Below are positions 59,488-64,000 of a DNA stretch of 64,000 nucleotides, piece by piece. Origin of the DNA: Rhizobium sp. Q54 (GTDB lineage Bacteria > Pseudomonadota > Alphaproteobacteria > UBA828); contig CAMDDO010000006.1 in the NCBI GenBank assembly GCA_945892755.1, positions 7,094-71,093 of the forward strand, read 5' to 3'. Numbering within the stretch: position 1 is the stretch's first letter; each line of letters starts with the position of its first letter. The notes under the pieces were generated by a model. That model had not been told where the DNA came from and ran no database searches. It was given only the letters and a program-made list of their open reading frames with translations. The position numbers were made by a program, and so were the translations under genes.

Positions 59488-61257
59488 ATGTCGAGCCGAA
59501 GCAATGAACGGCGGCTCGCGGCGATCGTGAGCCTCGACGTCGCGGGCTATAGCCGCCTGATGGGGGCGGACGAGGCCGGCACGTTCGCGCGCCTCAAGGC
59601 GCACCGCACCGAGCTTGTCGAACCCGCGGTCACGGCACGCAATGGCCGCGTCGTCAAGCTGATGGGCGATGGCATGCTGGTCGAGTTTTCGAGCGCGGTC
59701 GATGCGCTCGCCTGCGCGGTCGCGATCCAGCGCGGCATGGCCGAGCGCAACGCGCCGGTTCCCGCCGACCGGCGCATCGAGCTGCGCATCGGCATCAATG
59801 TCGGCGACGTGATCGTCGAGGGCGACGATATCTTCGGCGACGGCGTCAACGTCGCGGCGCGGCTCCAGGCGCTCGCCGAGCCCGGCACCATCTACGTTTC
59901 GAGCGACGTGCAGCGTTATGTCGGCGGCCGGCTCGACGTGCCGCTCGAGGATTGCGGCATGCAGGCGCTGAAGAATATCGCTGCTCCAGTGCACATATGG
60001 CGCTGGCGCGGCACAGGCGCCAAGTTGCCGCCAGCCACGGCGCCGACCGGCCCGGCTCCGGCGAGAGCCGAGCAACCCTCGATCGTGGTGCTGCCCTTCG
60101 CCAATATGAGCACCGACGCCGAGCAGGAATATTTCGCCGATGGCATCACCGAGGACATCATCACCGATCTCTCCAAGATCGCCGGCCTGCTCGTCATCGC
60201 GCGCAACTCGGCGTTTGTCTACAAGGGCCGCGCCGTGCGCGTCGACGAGGTGTGCCGCGACCTCGGCGTCAAGACCGCGCTCGAAGGCAGCGTGCGTCGC
60301 GCCGGCAACCGGGTGCGCATCACCGCGCAGCTGATCGACGGCACGAGCGGTGGACACCTCTGGGCCGACCGCTACGACCGCCAGCTCGACGATATTTTCG
60401 CCGTGCAGGACGACGTGACGCGCAGCATCGTCGCCGCGCTCAAGGTGAGGCTCAGCGCCGGCGAAGAAGAGCGCCTGGCCGGCCAGCACACCAGAAGCCT
60501 GGAGGCCTATGACCTTCGCCTCAAGGGGCAAGAACTCGCCAATCGCTTCACCAAAGAGGACAATGCCGAGGCGCTCCGCGTCTTCGAGCGGGTCCTCGCG
60601 CTCGACCCGAGCTACGCCGAGGCGAAGGCGGCCATGGCCACATGCCATGTGCGCGACTGGACGCTCGGCTGGAGCGATTCGCCGGAGGAGTCGCTTCGGC
60701 GCGCGCACGACGTCGCCCGCCAAGCACTGGCGCTCGACGCCGATCAGGCCGAGGCCCATGGCGCGCTCGGCTTCACGCTGCTTTGGATGAGGCAGTTCGA
60801 GCCAGCGCTGGTCGAGACGGCGAAGGGTATCGCGTTCGGCCCCAATGACAGCAACGCGCGCATGTTCTATTCGCTCGTGCTGTCATTCTCCGGCCGCCCC
60901 GACGAGGCGCTGCCCGAAGCGGAACTCGCTTTGCGCCTCGACCCCAAATGGCCCTCGGCGGCGCTCTGGGCGCTGGGTCATGCGCATTATGTGCGGGGCC
61001 GCTATGACGAGGCGCGCCCGCTATTCGAGCGCTCGATCGCGGCGAACCCGAATTTTTTCCCGCCTCACATGTTTCTGGCCGCGCTCTACGCCGAGGCCGG
61101 CATGACCGAACAAGCGAACGCCGAGGTGGCCGCGGCGACCGCGCTCAATCCGCGCGCGGCCCGTTTGTCCTGGGGCCGTGAGCGTCTGCCCTATCGCGAT
61201 CAGGCGGTCCTCGAACACTTTGTTGCCCAGCTCGAGCGCTCCGGCATACCAGTCTGA
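59488..61257 (+). CDS. Class III adenylate/guanylate cyclase domain protein with C-terminal TPR repeats
   Basis: N-terminal CHD cyclase domain (LAAIVSLDVAGYSRLMG…GINVGDVIVEGDDIFGDGVNVAARLQ) followed by TPR-like helical repeats. Confidence 0.7.
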   Translation: MSSRSNERRLAAIVSLDVAGYSRLMGADEAGTFARLKAHRTELVEPAVTARNGRVVKLMGDGMLVEFSSAVDALACAVAIQRGMAERNAPVPADRRIELRIGINVGDVIVEGDDIFGDGVNVAARLQALAEPGTIYVSSDVQRYVGGRLDVPLEDCGMQALKNIAAPVHIWRWRGTGAKLPPATAPTGPAPARAEQPSIVVLPFANMSTDAEQEYFADGITEDIITDLSKIAGLLVIARNSAFVYKGRAVRVDEVCRDLGVKTALEGSVRRAGNRVRITAQLIDGTSGGHLWADRYDRQLDDIFAVQDDVTRSIVAALKVRLSAGEEERLAGQHTRSLEAYDLRLKGQELANRFTKEDNAEALRVFERVLALDPSYAEAKAAMATCHVRDWTLGWSDSPEESLRRAHDVARQALALDADQAEAHGALGFTLLWMRQFEPALVETAKGIAFGPNDSNARMFYSLVLSFSGRPDEALPEAELALRLDPKWPSAALWALGHAHYVRGRYDEARPLFERSIAANPNFFPPHMFLAALYAEAGMTEQANAEVAAATALNPRAARLSWGRERLPYRDQAVLEHFVAQLERSGIPV

Positions 61258-61270
61258 GGGCGGCGCGACC

Positions 61271-62272
61271 TCAGGCGTTGACGTCCACCACCACGCGCCC
61301 CTTGACCTCGCCTTTCAATATCTTCGCGCCATAATCGGGCAGAGCGGCCAGGGTGATGACCTCGGTCAATTCATCGAGCGTCGCGGCCTGTAGTTCCTTG
61401 GCCAGCTGCTCCCAGGCTTTAACGCGCGGCAGTTCCGGGCACATGACCGAATCAATCCCGAGGAGGCTCACGCCGCGCAGAATGAACGGTAGCACGGTCG
61501 TGGCGAGCGCGGTGCCGCCCGCCAGGCCGCACGCCGCGACCGCACCGTCATAGCGCATTTCCGCAATGACATGCGCGAGCATGTCGCCGCCCACCGTATC
61601 GACCGCGCCGGCCCAGCGCTCTTTGAGCATGGGCTTGTCGGGTTTCGCCGCAAGTTCCAAGCGTGGAATGATCTGCGTCGCTCCCAGGCTCTTCAAGAAT
61701 CCGTCGAGCGCGGGCCGGCCGGTCACGGCATGGACCTCGAAACCGCGCTTGGCCAGAAGCGCGACCGCGATACTTCCGACGCCCCCGGCCGCGCCGGTCA
61801 CCACGACCGGTCCCGCGCCCGGAGTCACGCTCGCGTGCTCGAGCGCAAGCACGCAAAGCATCGAGGTGAAGCCCGCCGTGCCGATCGCCATGGCGTGCTT
61901 CGGGCTCATGCCCTTCGGCAGTTGCACCAGCCATTCGGCCTTGAGCCGCGTCTTCTGTGTGAAGCCGCCCGGGTGCCGCTCGCCAACGCCCCAGCCGGTC
62001 AGCACGACCTGATCGCCCGGCTTGAAGCGCGCATCGTCCGATGCCTCGACCGTGCCCGCGAAGTCGATGCCGGGCACCATCGGATTGGCGCGCAGAATCG
62101 GCGCGCGCCCGGTCAAGGCCAGGCCATCCTTGTAATTGAGGCTCGAATAGGCGACCCGCACCGTGACATTGCCGGGCGGCAAATCGGCGTCGCTTTGCTC
62201 CTGGATGCTGGTAACCGTGATGCCCCCCGACTGGTTGGCGACGAGGGCGTTGAAGCGTGCGGTGCCGGCCAT
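61271..62272 (-). CDS. MDR-family NADPH:quinone/enoyl reductase (YhdH/AcuI-like)
   Basis: Medium-chain dehydrogenase/reductase fold with cofactor motif VVVTGAAGGVGS. Start at MAGTARFNAL (ATG ending 62272); the ORF track extends to a TTG at 62314. Confidence 0.65.
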   Translation of the reverse strand: MAGTARFNALVANQSGGITVTSIQEQSDADLPPGNVTVRVAYSSLNYKDGLALTGRAPILRANPMVPGIDFAGTVEASDDARFKPGDQVVLTGWGVGERHPGGFTQKTRLKAEWLVQLPKGMSPKHAMAIGTAGFTSMLCVLALEHASVTPGAGPVVVTGAAGGVGSIAVALLAKRGFEVHAVTGRPALDGFLKSLGATQIIPRLELAAKPDKPMLKERWAGAVDTVGGDMLAHVIAEMRYDGAVAACGLAGGTALATTVLPFILRGVSLLGIDSVMCPELPRVKAWEQLAKELQAATLDELTEVITLAALPDYGAKILKGEVKGRVVVDVNA

Positions 62273-62333
62273 GTCTCTCCCTTTCCAGCGCGCTGCTTCG
62301 GCAGCGTTAGCCAAGGGTGGCGAAGACGGGGCG

Positions 62334-63875
62334 TCAGAGCAAGCCGGATGCGAGCGCGGCTCGGACGCGCTCGACCACGCCGGCCCAATCGCCGGATCGC
62401 TCTTGGCGGTAGAGCGTCATAGTCGGGTACCACGGGCTGTCCGAGCGGCGCAGCAAATAGCGCCAATCGGCGGCGAAGGCGAGCATGGTCCAGACCGGCT
62501 TACCCAGCGCGCCCGCCAGATGCGCGGTCGCGGTATCGACCGAGATGACGAGATCGAGCCGACTGATCGCGAAGGCGGTATCGGCCATGTCGTCGAGCAA
62601 CGGGCCGAGCTCGATGGCGTCCGGCAGATCGCCGATTTGCTCCTGATGCGGGCCGCCCTTCTGCAAGCTGAACAGGCGTACATCGCGCAGTGTCGTCAAC
62701 GGTCGCAGATCGCGCGCACGGCAGCTTCTGGCGGCGTCGCCCTGGCGTGCCGGATTGCCACCCCAGACCACGCCGATGCGTTTGACGCCGGCCGGGGCGG
62801 CGAGCGCGTCCGCGAGCGCGGACTTGGTGCGGTCGGGCGCGGCGAGATAGGGCACGTTGGCCGGCACGCTGTCCGTTGTCGTGCCGAACAAAGCGGGCAG
62901 GCTCATCAGCGGCGCGTGGCAATCAAAGGCCGGTAGGACCTCGCCTTGTCGGATCACGTGATCGACGCCTGGCATGGCCTCAAGCAGGCGCGCGAGTGTC
63001 GGCTGCACCTCGAGCACGACGCGCCCGCCGAGAGCGGCCACCTTAGGCGCATAGCGCACGAACTGGATGCTGTCGCCGAGGCCCTGCTCGGCATGAAGCA
63101 AGATGGTGCGCCCGTCGAGCGTCTTGCCATCCCAAAGTGGCGCCGCGAAATCCCGCGGGCGCATGCCGGTGGCGCGCCAACGCCACTCATAGTCGGGCCA
63201 ACCACGCTCGAAGTCGCCGGCTAGAAGGAGGGCGAGCGCGCGATTCCAGTGCGCGACCGGATGTTCGGGCCGCAGCGCGATGATCCGGTCAAAACAAGAA
63301 ACAGCATCGTCCGTGCGCCCCTGATCGCGCCGAACCAAGCCGAGATTGATCAGCGCGTTGCAATGATCGGGGGCTTGCGCGAGCACCGCCTCGAAGCTCG
63401 TCGCCGCGCCGTCGAAATCGTCCGCGGCATAGCGGCAATTGCCGAGATTGTAGATCAGCTCGACATTGCCAGGCGCGCGGGCGAGCGCCGCCTCGAGCGT
63501 GCTCGCCGCCTCGTCGAGTTTCCCCAAATCCTTGAGCACGAGCGCGCGATTGCCGAGCGGCTCGATCGCCTCGGGCGCGTGCGTGGCTGCCCGCTCATAG
63601 GCACCGAGCGCGCCCAGCGAATCGCCCTTGGCGCGAGCCAGATTGCCGAGCTCGAGATGCGTCGCGGCGAAGTCGGGCCTGAGCGCGAGCGCCAGCGCGA
63701 GCAGCTCGCCGGCCTCGGTCAGCAGACCCTTGGCGCGCAACGCCCCGGCCAAGGCGACCGCGAGCTCCGGGCGCGTCGGCTCGCGTTCGAGCGCGCCGCC
63801 CAGCGCTTCGATGGTTCGATCGAGCGCGGCTTCGCCTTGCGGATCGGGGGCGCTCGCGGGCATTGGTCTGGTCAT
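62334..63875 (-). CDS. TPR-repeat protein with C-terminal glycosyltransferase family 9 (heptosyltransferase-like) domain
   Basis: N-terminal TPR repeats. C-terminal GT9-like region (…IGVVWGGNPARQ…LISVDTATAHLAGALGKPVWTML…). Start uncertain: ATG ending 63875 chosen; the ORF may extend to 63995, close to the window end. Confidence 0.55.
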   Translation of the reverse strand: MTRPMPASAPDPQGEAALDRTIEALGGALEREPTRPELAVALAGALRAKGLLTEAGELLALALALRPDFAATHLELGNLARAKGDSLGALGAYERAATHAPEAIEPLGNRALVLKDLGKLDEAASTLEAALARAPGNVELIYNLGNCRYAADDFDGAATSFEAVLAQAPDHCNALINLGLVRRDQGRTDDAVSCFDRIIALRPEHPVAHWNRALALLLAGDFERGWPDYEWRWRATGMRPRDFAAPLWDGKTLDGRTILLHAEQGLGDSIQFVRYAPKVAALGGRVVLEVQPTLARLLEAMPGVDHVIRQGEVLPAFDCHAPLMSLPALFGTTTDSVPANVPYLAAPDRTKSALADALAAPAGVKRIGVVWGGNPARQGDAARSCRARDLRPLTTLRDVRLFSLQKGGPHQEQIGDLPDAIELGPLLDDMADTAFAISRLDLVISVDTATAHLAGALGKPVWTMLAFAADWRYLLRRSDSPWYPTMTLYRQERSGDWAGVVERVRAALASGLL

Positions 63876-64000
63876 GGTGTCGGCCAAGTGTGCCGCGGCG
63901 GCGTTAACGAAATATGTCGGCGCACGGATCGCGGCCGCAAAGGCCCGGGCGCGAGTTGACGCCGCGAATCGCGGCCCGGATACTCGCCGCGGCATTCGAT

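Noticed and set aside
63876-63995. Longer N-terminus (start 63995) for the TPR/GT9 protein
   Set aside because: The extension is Ala/Arg-rich low-complexity and its upstream region runs off the window. Retained only as an alternative start.

Overview
GC-rich (~67%) alphaproteobacterial chromosomal window, gene-dense on both strands. No homology searches were run; product names come from conserved motifs and domain order I can read in the ORF translations.

Layout:
- 1-22.5 kb: a metabolic and accessory stretch. It holds a 5'-truncated CoxL-like molybdopterin hydroxylase, a PhyH-family dioxygenase, urease structural genes (fused gamma/beta plus alpha) with no accessory genes nearby, an SDR reductase, a TAT-signal ABC substrate-binding protein with a single LivM-like permease, an FAD amine-oxidase-like enzyme, an MlaC/MlaA pair, a 1207-aa fused hydantoinase/oxoprolinase, a degenerate EAL-like domain protein, an EF-G paralog lacking the switch-II catalytic histidine, DjlA, two tandem EamA transporters and AmpD.
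- 22.58-22.98 kb: RNase P RNA (rnpB).
- Downstream of rnpB: an anomalously AT-rich dcw promoter region carrying three 10-bp-phased TCCCATG repeats (an MraZ operator).
- 23.3-47.6 kb: a complete, tightly overlapping dcw cluster (mraZ-rsmH-ftsL-ftsI-murE-murF-mraY-murD-ftsW-murG-murC-murB-ddl-ftsQ-ftsA-ftsZ), an intrinsic terminator, then lpxC-bamD-recN-ligA.
- 47.7-64 kb: azlDC, rpoD (with a 24-bp tandem repeat in its non-conserved region), dnaG, a GcvR-like ACT protein, a YqeY-like protein, carAB, greA, an adenylate cyclase/TPR protein, an MDR oxidoreductase and a TPR/GT9 protein.

No mobile elements, CRISPR arrays or tRNAs were seen. Several findings are offered as hypotheses: a possibly accessory-protein-independent urease locus, an inactive EAL-like protein, and an EF-G paralog without the catalytic histidine.
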